Positions 1 to 13,505 are shown, counted from the first letter of the stretch. The stretch: DNA of 64,000 bases from Sphyrna mokarran (GCA_024679065.1 JAGIQG010000021.1:41106001-41170000); one strand, 5' to 3'. The notes: generated from the letters alone by a model not told the origin. A program made the numbers and translations.

Positions 1-594
1 CTGCTCCGTCTTGGACTTCCTCAATGATTGTTCACCTCCCAATGATTGTTTCTTCTGAGACTGCATTCCACGCCTTTCATGAAGCTGCACTCCAGTGTCT
101 AGTGACTGGCACAATTTGAATTCTTTAGTGGACGGCTAACTTCACTGTTGTGCTATTCTTGGATTTTTTTCGAGCTCCAATGATTTCAGCTGTATCAAAC
201 AATTAGGGCTCGCAGACTTTCCTGAGCTTTATCCCTCTCAGCATCAAGCCCCGCCGATCTACTGTCTCCGGCTTGGCTTCCCAGGACTTCCCTTCAGCCA
301 GAAATGCACAAACCTATCCAAAGGCTCTTGCGACTTCACCAGAGCCCCTTCTGCAGAAAGCCAGCTTTTGCTGCCTGGAACTTCCTCTTCTACTTCTCAG
401 CGTACTCAGTCACCTGCCACCTACCACCGCAGGTCTTGTGGTTGGATTGCATTCCACCACTGTACAGGTTCCCTGTAATGGCTTCTGGAAAACCTTGGAT
501 AAAGTGGGACATGCCATGTGTGCCAATGACTGCTCCATATGCCAGAACTCCCAGGTTATGCCTGGATTTTTAATCATTGGTCTTCTCCTGTCAA

Positions 595-800
595 ACATAG
601 AATCATTGAAGACAGGAGCAAGGGGAGGCCATTTGGCTTTTTGAGCTTGCTCTGCCATTCATTATGATTATGACCAATGGTCCAACACATTAGCCTAATT
701 TTCCCCGTAACCTTTAATCAGACTCACCCGAAATGCTATATCCAACCATCCCTTGAATAAATGCAATGTTTTGGCATCAACTATGTCTTGTGGTAAACAT
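595..800 (-). mobile_element. Old CR1 LINE 3' tail fragment
   Basis: Reverse complement gaatggcagagcaagctcaaaaagccaaatggcctcccct... resembles the other CR1 tails in the window. Confidence 0.6.
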
Positions 801-1872
801 CCTAGAAAGATGGGTAAGTTTGCGGTTTTTAACTCAAAAGCTTTATGTAAAATGCTATTGCTTAAACTGTTGTGAAACAGTTAACGAAACCATGTAAAAT
901 GTCAATCTTGTGACTAAATACTATATTTCTATGCATCCAAGTTATTTACTGCTGTCCCACAGGTGACCGGCAATTTTGTTGTGAAAGTGAAATTTGTTTG
1001 AAGTATTTTCTAACCTTTGTCCTGCACTATCCCCAGGATATGACAGTGCAAGATCGTGCATTTGAATGCAAATTATGCCATTGTCAGTTTAATGTCCCAA
1101 ATATCTAATATACTAATCAATTGTTTGATTACTGCATTAGTTTTTTTAACCGTGCAATTAAATCATAATTATCATGGTGATGTAATCAGGTACATATGTA
1201 CAAAAATAGGCACAAATTGCCTAAACTGGTCCAAAAGAGATAACAGGGAGCATCCCTTTGCATGCTAAGAAATGGGGGTGGGATAACAGAATGCAAAGTA
1301 GCTGTGCAGCCCTCAGAACCTGTGGCAGTCTATATTCTTAAAGCATTATTTGCCACCCAGTGTTTTGTCATTTAATTTCTTTAGCATGTATTGGGCTGTT
1401 TTTATTTGAAATTAGCCAGAAGGATTAATTGATAGGGCGACACAACTTGAGATATTTTATACTAATGAGAAAATTCATTGTTGGACTTTTCCTGAGGTTA
1501 ATATTTTGCACATAGAAAAAGGTTTTGAATGTTCTGAATTTACTAAGTACTTGGCTGAAAGTTCCTCCTTTATCAACAACAAAGGGCAAGTATTGCTTTT
1601 TAAAAAAAACATACTAGATTTATACCGTTTAGCTCAAAACCCACTACAATCCTTTTCATTCGCTCCAGCCTGAACAAACCAACAATTCCGTAGCTCTGCT
1701 TTACGATGTAGGAAATATGAATTATAAATGGAAAAATAATATTCTGAAATGTTGACTTTAGATAGTAAAATGTTTTATTTGCCAAGTTTCAAAGTACAAT
1801 ATCCAACTAAAGACTGAAATCTATTGCAGTTTTGACTTTGGTGGTGACAGCATTAGGTTTTAGGCTCACTGA

Positions 1873-4061
1873 AAGGGTGGTTAGAGGAAAAATCGGACCT
1901 CTTGGGGACAGAGGAGGGGAACTGTGCTTAGAGCCCGAGGGAATGGCAGAGATTCTGAATGAATACTTTGCGTCGGTATTTACGAAGAAGAGGAGCTTGT
2001 TGACAGCTCCTGTCTCTGAGGGAGCTGTGGACCAGTTGAGGGAAATATCCATACCGAGGGAGGAAGTGTTAGAGCTTCTAGGTAGCATTAAAACTCCAGG
2101 GCCTAATGGCATTTATCCCAGGCTGCTTAGGAAGGTGGAAGGTGAAATTGCTGGGCCTCTGACGCAAATCTTTGTTTCTTCTTTGGACACAGGTAAGGTC
2201 CCAGAGGACTGGAGAATATCTAATGTTGTACCGTTGTTTAAAAAGGGTAGAAGGAATAACCCTGGAAATTGTAGGCCAGTGAGTTTGATGTCAGTGGTAG
2301 GGAAGCTGTTGGAAGAGATTCTTAGAGATAGGATGTATAGGCATTTAGAGCGTTGCGATCTGATTAGGGATACACAGCATGGCTTTGTTAAGGGGAGGTC
2401 GTGCCTTACAAATATGGTAGAATTTTTTGAGGAGGTGACGAAAACGGTCGACGAAGGGCAAGCCGTTGATGTCTATGTGGATTTCAGTAAGGCATTTGAC
2501 AAAGTCCCTCATGGGAGGTTAGTTGAAAAGGTCAAGGCTCATAGGATACAAGGACAGGTAGCTAGATGGATAAGTAACTGGCTTGGTAATAGAAGACAGA
2601 GTAATAGTGGAAGGGTGTTTTTCTAGCTGGAGGTCGGTCACGAGTGTTGTACTGCAGGGCTCTGTACTGGGACCTCTTCTATTTGTAATATATATAAATG
2701 ACTTGGAAGAGGGAGTAAGTGGAATGATCAGCAAGTTTGCAGACGATACAAAGATGGTTGGACTCGCGGATAGTGAGGAGCATTGTCAGGCGATGCAACA
2801 GGACGTGGATAGGCTGGTAGCTGAGCAGATAGATGGCAGATGGAATTCAATCCTGATAAATGCGAGGTGATGCATTTGAGGAGAAAGAATGTAGGGGGGA
2901 GGGTATATGACCTATTAAGAGTATAGAAACGCAGAGGGACCTGGGGGTGCAGGTGCACAAGTCTCTGAAGGTGGCAGAGCAGGTGGAGAAGGTTGTGAAG
3001 AGCATATGGTATGCTAGCTTTTCTAGGAAGGGGTATAGAGTACAAGAGCTGGCCTTTAATGTTGCAGTTGTATAAAATGTTGGTTAGACCTCATTTGGAA
3101 TACTGCGTCCAGTTCTGGTCGCCTTACTACTGGAAGGGAGTGGAGAGAGTGCAGAGGAGGTTTACCAGGATGCTGCCTGATATGGAAGGTCTGAGTTACG
3201 AGGAGAGGTTCGGCGAACTGGGATTGTTTTCCTTAGAAAGATGTAGACTTAGAGGAGATCTAATAAAGGTATACAAGATTATGAGGGGTACAGGGTTAAG
3301 CTTTTTCCTAGGATGGACTCGAATAGCATGAGGGGTCACGGGCTTAGGGTGAGGGGAGTAAGGTATAATTTGGATGCTAGAGGGAGTTTTTTCACACAGG
3401 GTGGTGGGGGTATGGAATGAGCTGCCAAGTAAAGTGGTGAAGGCAGGCACTCGAGTTATTTAAGAGATACTTAAATGGGCACGTGAACAGAATGGGAACA
3501 GAATGGGAATAGAAGGGTATAGAAAACTGATTTAAAATAGGGATCATGAGCCTTGGGAGTCCCTGGGAAGTGTGTAAGTAGATGATGATATTGATGTACT
3601 TGTTTTTATCCTACAGGTGCTTGTTGTCTAACAAGGGGCACACACGTGATGGGTCATGAGAGGGCTGCTCTTAGATTTTTTTTGAGAGTATCCTAGTGCT
3701 TCACGTCGTTAGTGTACGCTTGATCTGGACCATTTGATGGGCAACACGACAGCTCGGTGGTGACTATCACTGCGCTGTGCAGATACGTGGATTTGGGCCT
3801 GTGTCTGTAGGAGTTTGCACATTCTCCCTGTGCTTGCGTGGGTTTTCTCTGGGTGCTCCGGTTTCCTCCCACATCCCAAAGATATGCTCTTAGGCTGAAT
3901 GGCAAAACAAATTCTCCCTAAATTCTCAAATTTGGTTTTTAATCCATGGATCTATAAACATAGACAGGGATCATGGGTAGAGGTGGGAACATCGGGATGG
4001 CGGCGTGGGCTCGTTGGGCCGAAGGGCCTGTTTCCCATGCTGTTTTGTTCTTTGTTCTTTG
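1873..4061 (+). mobile_element. 5'-truncated CR1 LINE (frameshifted RT) with V-SINE module in 3' UTR, copy A
   Basis: ORF pieces with QHGF, DFSKAFDKVPH, QGSVLGPLLF, SKFADDTK, RPHLEYCVQFW. V-domain about 3800-3895. CR1 tail gggccgaagggcctgtt + (ttctttg)n. Confidence 0.92.
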
Positions 4062-4929
4062 ATCTTAAACCTAGGAATGTCAAGTTGAGAAAAGGTCATT
4101 TGGACAATCTAAATTGTTTCAGTGCCCAGTTTGAAACTTTTTGGTCATTACCTGAAACAGAATCTGGCTGTTTTTTTTCCTTCAGGTACATGACTGGAAT
4201 CAGTGTTTATTGGAAAACAGAATACAACCTAGTACACTCGGACCTGCTGCATTAAATTCTGTTGCTACCCTGGCTACTCACTGTCTCCTTATAATCAACC
4301 TTGCTGATACTTTTCACTGTTTCTCACTTCGTGTATTCTTATTTTTTGACATACTTTTGCTTTCACTCCTCCGTTTCACATGCTTTGTATTTAGTGCTAG
4401 TCTTTCCAATTTTTAGATGTGAACTTTAGTTGCACTTTGGCCAAATTTTGTTTTTCAAAAATATAATTGAAACTAAGCAAAAAGTAAGAAAGCCTAAAAA
4501 AATCCCTACAAGTTTCTTGTCTGTTTTGTATTATCGCTGACTTAAGGCTTGTCTTGTTGAGAAGCCTGACCCTAGAGTTTATGGGACTTAATGTCCAATA
4601 AAGCAACAGGTAACATCACCCAGGCTGCACTTGTGTTACCATGTGAGCAGAATAAAGAATTCTAGTGATTCCTGATACTGCCCACCTACCTTGAGTCTGT
4701 TAATATAGTAAGCATTGAAGGATTGATTGTCTTTGATATGTGGGAAGACTGGCCATGTACTTATGATTGTGGATGTTTGTGTGTATCTTTAAGCAGAACT
4801 TTAACTTTAGCAAAGAATTGTCTGTGTGAGAAACAAAGGCTTTTTGAGAAATTTCATTATCTGTAGCAAATAAAAAGTTAAGGATAGTTAGGTGCACTGT
4901 ACAAATCTGCTGAGATTGGTAGGTCAGAG

Positions 4930-6680
4930 GATTGGACCGATTTTAAGAATCAGTAAAGAATGACTAAAGATGATAGAGGCAGAAAGAAGCGTATTTAATC
5001 TATCAACTAATATAAAAAGGTAGTGTTTTTACAAGTCTTTGAATTAGAAAAGAATAATTAAAATGAGTGTTGGTTCTCTAAAGAATGTGTCTGGGAAATT
5101 GATAGAAAATAGAAATGTTAGAGGCTTTGAACAGGTATTTTGTGTCTTTATAGTAGATGACTTAAAAAACTTCACAAAAATACTTAAGCAGGAGATGATG
5201 GAGAAGGATGAATTTAAAACAATCAGGATCACCAGAAGAAAAGTACTAGGAAAACCCTTGGACCTAATGGCTGATAAGTTTCCAGGACCAGATAGTCTGA
5301 TCCTCCAGTGTTAAAAGTGGTAACAGAGATAGTAGATGCTTTGATTATTATCTCCCAAAATTTCTTAGATTCTGGAGTGGTCCCAGTGTTTAGAAAACAG
5401 CTAATTTAAAATCTTTATTCAAGAAAACGGGGAGTCAGGAAACTATAAGCCAAACATCTGTCGTAGGGAAAGTGCTAGAGTCCATCATTATGGTAGGGTG
5501 CTTAGAAAATCAGGCGGAACCAACAGCTAATTGAAAGAGAAATTGTGTTTCATTAGTCTGAGTTTTTTGACACTGACTTCCAAGATAGATAAAAGGGAAT
5601 CAGTGGGATATGGTGTCCTTCGATTTCCAAGAGGCATTTAACAAGGTGCCACATCAAAGATTACCACACAAGATAAGAGCACAAAATTTGGGTATATTGG
5701 AATGCATAAAAGATTGGTTGATTAACTGGAAACACAGAATTGTTGGTCATCTTCGGATTGGCAAGCTGTACCTAGTGGAGTGCCATAGGGTTCGGTTGCT
5801 GATCCTTCAAATATTTACAATCTGAATCAATGACTTGATTGAAGGGACTGAACATCTTGTAGCTAAACTTGCCATGACACCAAAATAAGTAGAAAAATAA
5901 GCTGCTCATTGGACGTAGAATGTTAGTAAAGAGGTATAGTCAAGTGAGTGGGCAAACATTTGGCAGATGGAATATAAAATGGATCAATGTGAACTTATTC
6001 ATTTTGGCAGGAAGAATAGAAAAGCAGCATGCTGTTTAAATGAACTCTACATGAAAGCTCAAGATGTGCTGGTATATGGATCACAAAGTTAGCATGCAGG
6101 TACAACGAGAAATTAGGAGACAAATTCAATGTTCATAGTTATTGCAAGAGAAAGGGAATATGAAAGGTTTACTGCAGCTGCACTGAGCCTGATGGAGATC
6201 ACATCTAGAGTACTGTGTACAGTTTAAGTCTTGTAAAAAAAAAACAATAGTTTTGGAAGTAGTTCAGAGAAGGTTGACTCGACTCATTTCTGGATGAAGG
6301 GATTATCTCATAAAGAAAGGTTGAATATGTTGAGTCCATACACATTGGAGTTCAGAAAAATGAGAGGTGACCTTACAAAAACAATTGAGATCTGGAGGGG
6401 ATTGATCAGTGAATGTCCAGAAGATGCGTTGTCTTGTGGGTTACATAGTTTGAATAAGAGGTCTCCCTTTTAAGATGCAGATGAGAATTTTTGAGTGTTA
6501 GTCTGTGATGGATCTTTAAATTTTGTTCAAAACTGTTAGATTTTTGACCAATAAAGGAGTCAAGGATTTTGGGGCAAACAGGAAAGTAGAGCTGACACGA
6601 CAATGAGATCTGACTTGATCTTATTGAAAGGTGGAGCAGGTTGAAAGGCCGAATGGTGTACTCCTATCTCTATGTTCATT
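4930..6680 (+). mobile_element. Old degenerate CR1 ORF2 and tail
   Basis: Remnants ADKFPGPD and DFQEAFNKVPH, tail ggccgaatggtgtactcct. Confidence 0.8.
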
Positions 6681-7524
6681 TGTCCCAATCTAGTGATAGA
6701 AACATTATTGGGAAAGGACGATTAAAACCAAGGAAAGCCTGTTATTTAGCAGTGAATACTTCATTAGTTTTGTCTGAAACCCAAAATCTCTGAAGTTTAA
6801 ACTCTTAAGGTAACTCTGCTCATAGGATTCATTGCTTGTTTAAGTGCAGTCTTTAGATATCCAGAAGCAGTCATATAACTAAGACATAGCGCATGATGTC
6901 ATTGTACATGGGTGCAAAGAGGGATGGTAGACAAATGCCACTTGCTAAAATCTAAATGCAGGTAAGGTGAGTAGTTATGGATGAAATGGAGTATATGCAA
7001 AGCAAACCTTAGATCAAATGACACAGGCATGTTATTACAATCTGAAGTGATCAGTAACTTCCAGTTGGTAACTGAAAGCATGGCATGAGAAAATTTCATG
7101 TTTTAAGACTTTGTCTCCAACAATAAGGTGATGAGCACTTGATTAAACACTATTTTTATAGCCAAATTAAAAGGGGAAGTTCTGTTCTATAATTTAAAAT
7201 TGAACCCAACCAAAAAACTACATGAATGTGATTTAGTGCCCCTTTAATAGTTATTTGATGTTTTCTCCCTGAACTATTTCAGTGGTTCTTACCTCCCAAG
7301 GGTTTAGCTCCATTTCTGTCTTTTCCCAGCTTGGTAATGTTTAACCAGAACTGTCTTTGGCACTGAAATATTTCCCCCAACTCAAGCCAGGTAAACTTCC
7401 AGCTTTGTCTCCAGTCTTCACAAATACATTATTTTAATTGGGGCTTTTTTAAAAGTTCATTCATAGGCTAGATAGACCTGCATTTATTACCCATCCCTAA
7501 TCGCCCTTATGAAGGTGGCGGTGT

Positions 7525-9660
7525 GAACAAAGAACAAAACAGCACGGGAAACGGGCCCTTCGGCCCAGTGAGCCCGCGCCACCACCTCAATGTTCCCACT
7601 TCTACCCGTTCCCTGTCTATGTTTATAGATCTATGCATTGGAACCAAATTTGAGACCATTTAGGGAGAATTTGTTCTGCCAATCAGCCTAAGAGCACATC
7701 TTTGGGATGGGGGAGGAAACCGGAGTACCCGGAGACAACCCACACAAGCACAGGAAGAATGCGTAAACTCCCACAGACGCAGGCCCAAATCCATGTATCT
7801 GCACAGCACAACAATAGTCACTGAGCTGTCGTGTTGCCCACGAAATGGTCCAGGTCAAGCGCACACTAACGACGTGAAGCACTAGGATACTCTTAAAATC
7901 CAAGAGCAGCCTTCTCGCGACCCATCGCACGTATGCCCCTTGTTAGACAAGGCGGACCGAAGTACTTGTAGGATAAAACAAATACATCAATATCATCGAC
8001 AATTTACACACTTCCCAGGAACTCCCAAGGCTCATGAGCCCTATTTTAAATCAATTTTCTGTATCCCTCCATTCCCATTCTGTTCATGTGCCCATCTAAG
8101 TATCTCTTAAATAACTCGAGTCCTGCCTTCACCACTTTACTTGGCAGCGCATTCCATACCTCCGTCACACTCTGAAAAAAACTCCCTCTAGCATCCAAAT
8201 TATACCTTACCCCCCTCACCCTAAGCCCTCGTGCTGTTTGAGTCCATCCTACGAAAAAGCTTAACCCTGTTTACTCTATCTATATCCCTCATAATCTTGC
8301 ACACCTCTATTACATCTAAGTCTACATCTCTCTAAGGAAAACAACCCAATTTGCCTCTCCTCGTAACTGACCTTCCATATCAGGCAGCATCCTGGTAAAC
8401 TCCTGTGCACTTTCTCCAGAGTCTCCACATCCTTTTGATTGTAAGGTGACCGGAACTAGACGCAGTATTCCAAATGAGGTCTAACCAAAGTTTTATACAA
8501 CTGCAACATTAAAGGCCAGCTCTTATATTTTGTACCCCTTCCTATGAAGGCTAGCACACCATGTGCTTTCTTCACAACCTTCTCCACCTGCTCTGCCACC
8601 TTCAGAGACTTGTGCACCTGCATCCCCAGGTCCCTCTGTGTTTCTATACACCTAATAGGTCTGCCCTTTATCAGATAACTCCCCCCTACATTCTTTCTTC
8701 CGAAATGCATCACCTTGCATTTATCAGGATTGAATTCCATCTGCCATCTATGTCCTGCTGTATCGCCTGACAATGCTCCTCACTATCCACAAGTCCAGCC
8801 ATCTTTGTATCGTCTGCAAACTTGCTGATCATTCCACTTACTCCCTCTTCCAAGTCATTTATATACACTACAAATAGAAGAGGTCCTAGTACCGAGCCCT
8901 GTGGCATACCACTAGTGACCGACCTCCAGCTAGAAAAACACCCTTCCACTATTACTCTCTGTCTTCTATTACTAAGCCAGTTACTTATCCATCTAGCTAC
9001 CTGTCCTTGTATCTCATTAGCCTTGACCTTTTCAACTAACCTCCAATGAGGGACTTTGTCAAACACCTTACTGAAATCCATATACATGACATCAACGGTT
9101 CACCCTTCATCGACCGTTTTCGTCCCTCTTCAAAAAATTGTACCAGATTCGTAAGGCACGACCTCCCTTTAACAAAGCCATGCTGTGTATCCCTAATTAG
9201 ATCACAACGCTATAAGTGCCTATACATCCTATCTCTAACAATCCCCTCCAGCAGCCTCCCTACCACTGACATCAAACTCACTGGCCTATAATTTCCAGGG
9301 TTATTCCTTCTACCCTTTTTAAACAACAGTACAACATTAGCTATTCTCCAGTCCTCTGGCACCTCTGTGTCCAAAGAAGAAACAAAGATTTGCGTCAGAG
9401 GCCCAGCAATTTCACCTCGTGCCTCTCTCTAAGATAAATGCCATCAGGTCCTGGAGATATATCAGCTTTAATGCCACCTAGAAGCTCTAACACTTCCTCC
9501 CTCGGTATGGATATTTCCTTCAACTGGTCTACAGCTCCCTCAAAGACAGGACCGGTCAACAAGCCCCTCTTCTTCATGAATACCGATGCAAAGTATTCAT
9601 CCAGGATCTCCCCCATTCCCTCGGCTCTAAGCACAGGTCCGATTTTTCCTCTAACCACTT
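7525..9660 (-). mobile_element. 5'-truncated CR1 LINE with V-SINE module in 3' UTR, copy B (same subfamily as A)
   Basis: Minus-strand ORFs VVRGKIGP, YMDFSKVFDKVPH, SKFADDTK, RPHLEYCV. 3' UTR colinear with 3540-4061. Confidence 0.92.
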
Positions 9661-10472
9661 GCATTAATACTGTAATGAAGCCATTGCGAAAACCCCCCAG
9701 CTGCTACACTCGCTGTCTTCTTGAACTGCTGCAGTCCATGTGGTGCTTGTAGAGAGGGAGTTCCAGGATTTTGACACAGTAACAGTAAAGGAACACTGAT
9801 ATATTTTCAAGTCAGGATGATGAGCAGCTTGGAGGAGAATTTCCGGTGGTGTTCCCTTGTGTCTGCTGCTCTTGCTCTTTTAGGTAGGAACTGTTGTGAG
9901 TTTGGAGGGTGTTATCAAAGTAGTCTTGGTGAAATCCTGTCATACATCAATAGTGAAAAGAATGACATTCCCTCCACAAATGTCGAATCAGTGGGCTGCA
10001 TTATCCTGAATGGTGTCAAGCTTCTTGAGCTCCCACTGCATTCCTGCACTGAAGTTTCGACCTGCTGCTGCTACTATCCTGAATCCTGAAACATTACCAA
10101 CATCTGAGAGTTTCCAGGGGTGTGTTGGAAACCCCACCCTAATGAAAGCCTATATTCATGATTAAGTGAACCACATGGGTTTCCTATCCAAGCGGAAATG
10201 CTGATTAGTTATCCTTAAGACCTCAGCTCTCATTTTATCTTGAATTGAATTGACAGTTTAAAGCATATCTGTCATTCTAAAACCTTCCTGGTATTTTACA
10301 AGCATAGATGATGCTACTATTTCCACCTTATACTTTCTTTCCAGCAAAGAATCTGGCCCTCCTTTTAATCTGTACCAGCCAGTCAACAGTCCTATTTAGG
10401 CAGATCTCAGAGTAATTCACCTGCTTCCTTCATTTTAACCTCAATTAAAGAAACAGTCCCAAAGTGTAACAA

Positions 10473-11325
10473 TGTAATGAAGGTGACTTGATGCAGTTCA
10501 TTTATCTAAAAGAAAGCTATAATTTTCTATCACCTCATCTAACCATTAAGGCCCAGACCATAAGCTCCAAGATATTTTGTCAAGTTAACCCAGACCTGAC
10601 TTTTATATTTGATTTTGGCATTAGAGTGAGTATAAGGTATTTCACTCCAGGTATGTTTCAAGTGATTCACTAGGAAGGTTTTATCAAAACAAACTTCGTC
10701 TAACACAGTTAGAATATAACAAAAATAGTATAACTTTTAACAATTAAAATAGTTGGACATGGTAAAGTATAATTTTTAACAGCTAGCTATCTTTATTGTT
10801 CCAATTTATACTAATATCCCATAGACATTTCTGTAGAACTAGTTAGCCACAGAAATCAAAGATGCTTATGTGATGCTAGATTTTTAGCTTTTTAACTGCT
10901 TCTGGTCAGAGATCCAGACATCAATTTTCAGAGATCCAGTATCAAACAGCAGAATCTCCAAGAAAGAAACCTATCTCCTGGCAGATTCTAGTCTCCAAGC
11001 CCACGGAAGGGAAAAGAAATACGCTGCTTTCAATCTCAAAAGCAGCACCCAAACTTGAATATTCTATGTTAGCGCAACTTCCCCATTACGTGACCATACT
11101 TGCCAGTCATCCCATCCAAACCGTACTCTGCAAAATCCCCAGGAGAAAATGGCAGAATTTATTAATTCAGATTAAAACCAATATTCTTGACATTGGATGC
11201 AATTATGCTGCTGCAGCAACAGTATAGGATGCCGGAAGACGGGGGCTCTGAGTGCATAAATCGATAACAGATCCTGCACAAGAATATGGCTCAAATACAT
11301 TTGCTAAAGGCACAGTATCATCACA
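10473..11325. mobile_element. Unclassified repeat, solo-LTR-like
   Basis: Ends tgtaatga...tcatcaca (TG..CA, short inverted termini). Homologous to 13968-14665. Confidence 0.5.
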
Positions 11326-12949
11326 CTATTCCTTAATGATTCACCTTTTTTCCCTCCACTCCCTAATCTAAAAGTCCACATGACTATTGATTAATGTGTG
11401 AAGAATAAATTTGGACCATCTTCACTTTGTCATCTGCTATTTGTCAATTTAACTGCAGTTAGTCTGCTAATTTGACCTTCCTTTTACAATTCGCTATATT
11501 ATATAATCTTGTTGATGATCCCTTTCAGTTGCTCCCTTTCAAACCTGAAGAATTTAAGTTTCTGATATCTTCTCTCATAGCTCACTCAGTCCTTCTGTGC
11601 TATAGATCAACATTTTGGGGTTCTTCTCCACTTTGCTTGCAAATATCGAATGACTTTCTGCTGATTTGATGAAATTTGACAGCAGTGGTTGAATTTCAGT
11701 CCACTGGAGCATTTTGCAATTTCAACATTCAGTGTGTTTGTAAAACAGAGACTAAGAGAATTTTCTTGGTGTATCTCAAAGAGGGGGGTGAGAAGAGGAA
11801 GGGAGTGTTTCTTCAGCTGATGTCAGCTAACAGGCACTTGTGAAAGACAATATGCAGTTTAATAGGAATTTTTATTTGACCAATATGTATTGGGAGAGAG
11901 TCAGAGGATTCCAACTTCTCTCTCATGAACAGCAAATAAACAAGCTGATATACATTTCTGAAGATTAGATCCTCCCACCTAACCTGTTATCCAAGCTGGA
12001 CGAAGCAATAATATTTATACACTTTATTTTCTTTGGCCATTAGCATCCTCCCTTCCAGCAGAATTCGGAATTAATTGGTCAACCAAATCCAGAGGTTCTT
12101 CGCCTCCCACTCCCTCCCCCATTGCCTACTTATCCATGCAAATCCAGTTGGTTCAAGGATCGCTCCTAACACCTGGGAACGAGAAGGGAGTCATTTTCTT
12201 GTCTGTTTTCTCCCCTTGTCAGTGGAGGCTGAATATGTCTATTCATTGCAACTAGAAGCTGAATCCTTCTATTCATTTTCAAAAACTGGAAGCTTGTAGT
12301 TGCTTGGACTGCCTCTGATACCATATATGCTGTATGCTTCATTGTTCCGAAAGAATGTAGCCTGTCTAAGCTTATTTCCCATTGTGCTTGAGGGTTAAAT
12401 GCTTGTTGGCCAAAGCTTGCAAGTAAATTCAAGAATACAATTTAAATTTACAATACTTGTTAAAAAATTATGTACTTATACAGACAATACTTTTGTATGA
12501 GGCACATTGTGATACTTTTGATTATGTTTAAGGCATATTGCAGTCCCCATTTTAAATTAATCTTTGTTTTAATAGTTTCAAAGCAGAGTACATTGCAGTA
12601 CAGTACAGAGACATTGCATTTTTCTTTCACAACTTAAACCAATTCTATGACTTAACCCAATATATGAAGTTGTATTTTGTCATTGACTAAATGCCAGATC
12701 ATTAAACAAAATTCATTTTTTCAGCATATTTGTTGTCAATAATGCTTTCTTAAGAAAAATCCTCTTCAAAATACTTCCAGTATTAATCCAACTGAAATTT
12801 GTTTAATACATCATATTGCTATTGAAATTTGATCTCAAATTGATGTGGTTGCATTTCCAACTGTGTAATGAACTTGAGATATTGAAGACTGAAAAGCTGT
12901 AGTCCTTGTTTTCCCAGCATGCAGTTCCTAAGAACCTATGCTAATTGAT

Positions 12950-13505
12950 GACAGTGGTTAGAGGGATCTGGGTTCAATTCCAGACTTGGGTGATTGTGTG
13001 TGGAGTTTGCACATTTGCTCCATGTCTGTGTGGGTTTTGGCTGGGTACTTTGGCTTTCTCCCTCAGTTCAGAGATGTGCGGTTTAGGTGGATTGGCTATG
13101 CTTCAAAAATTGTCCCTTAATGTCAGGGGGATTAGCAGGGGTTTCCAGGATAGGGCTTGGGTGAGGTTGTTGCAGGTGCAGACTCTGCACCATACTACCC
13201 ACAATGATTAGCACTGTTGTCTCTCAGTGCCAGAGTCCCAGGTCCAATTCCCAGCCTGGGTCACAGTCTGTGTCCCCGTGTCTGCACAAGTTTCTTTTGA
13301 GTCCTCTGGTCTCCCACAGTCCGAAAGACATGCTGGTTAGGTGCATAAGCCGTGCTAGCTTCTTTAGTGTATGCCAGGGGTGTGGTGGAGGGGAATTTCT
13401 CAGTAACTTTATTGCAATATGAATGTAAGTCTACTTGTGACACTAATAAATAAACTTCAAAACTCTATGGGTCAAATAGCCTCCTGTACTGTGGAGATTC
13501 TATGA
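12950..13505 (+). mobile_element. Two nested tRNA-derived V-SINEs (HE1-like)
   Basis: Outer SINE has ggttcaattcc B box and V-domain ggagtttgcac. Inner SINE about 13187-13461 ends taataaataaact. actct repeats at both junctions, and the outer tail resumes at 13462. Confidence 0.8.

Noticed and set aside
273-658. ORFs at the window start as MAP2K4 exon 1 or another gene
   Set aside because: No MKK4 N-terminal similarity and no CpG island. Part is an antisense CR1 tail. 1-590 remains unassigned.
2519-3450. Antisense ORFs over CR1 copies (also 8561-9752, 25299-25638, 60839-61210)
   Set aside because: Shadow frames of LINE ORF2.
1851-4079. Flanks of CR1 copy A as inverted termini (taggttttagg vs cttaaaccta)
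   Set aside because: Too short and imperfect to distinguish from chance.
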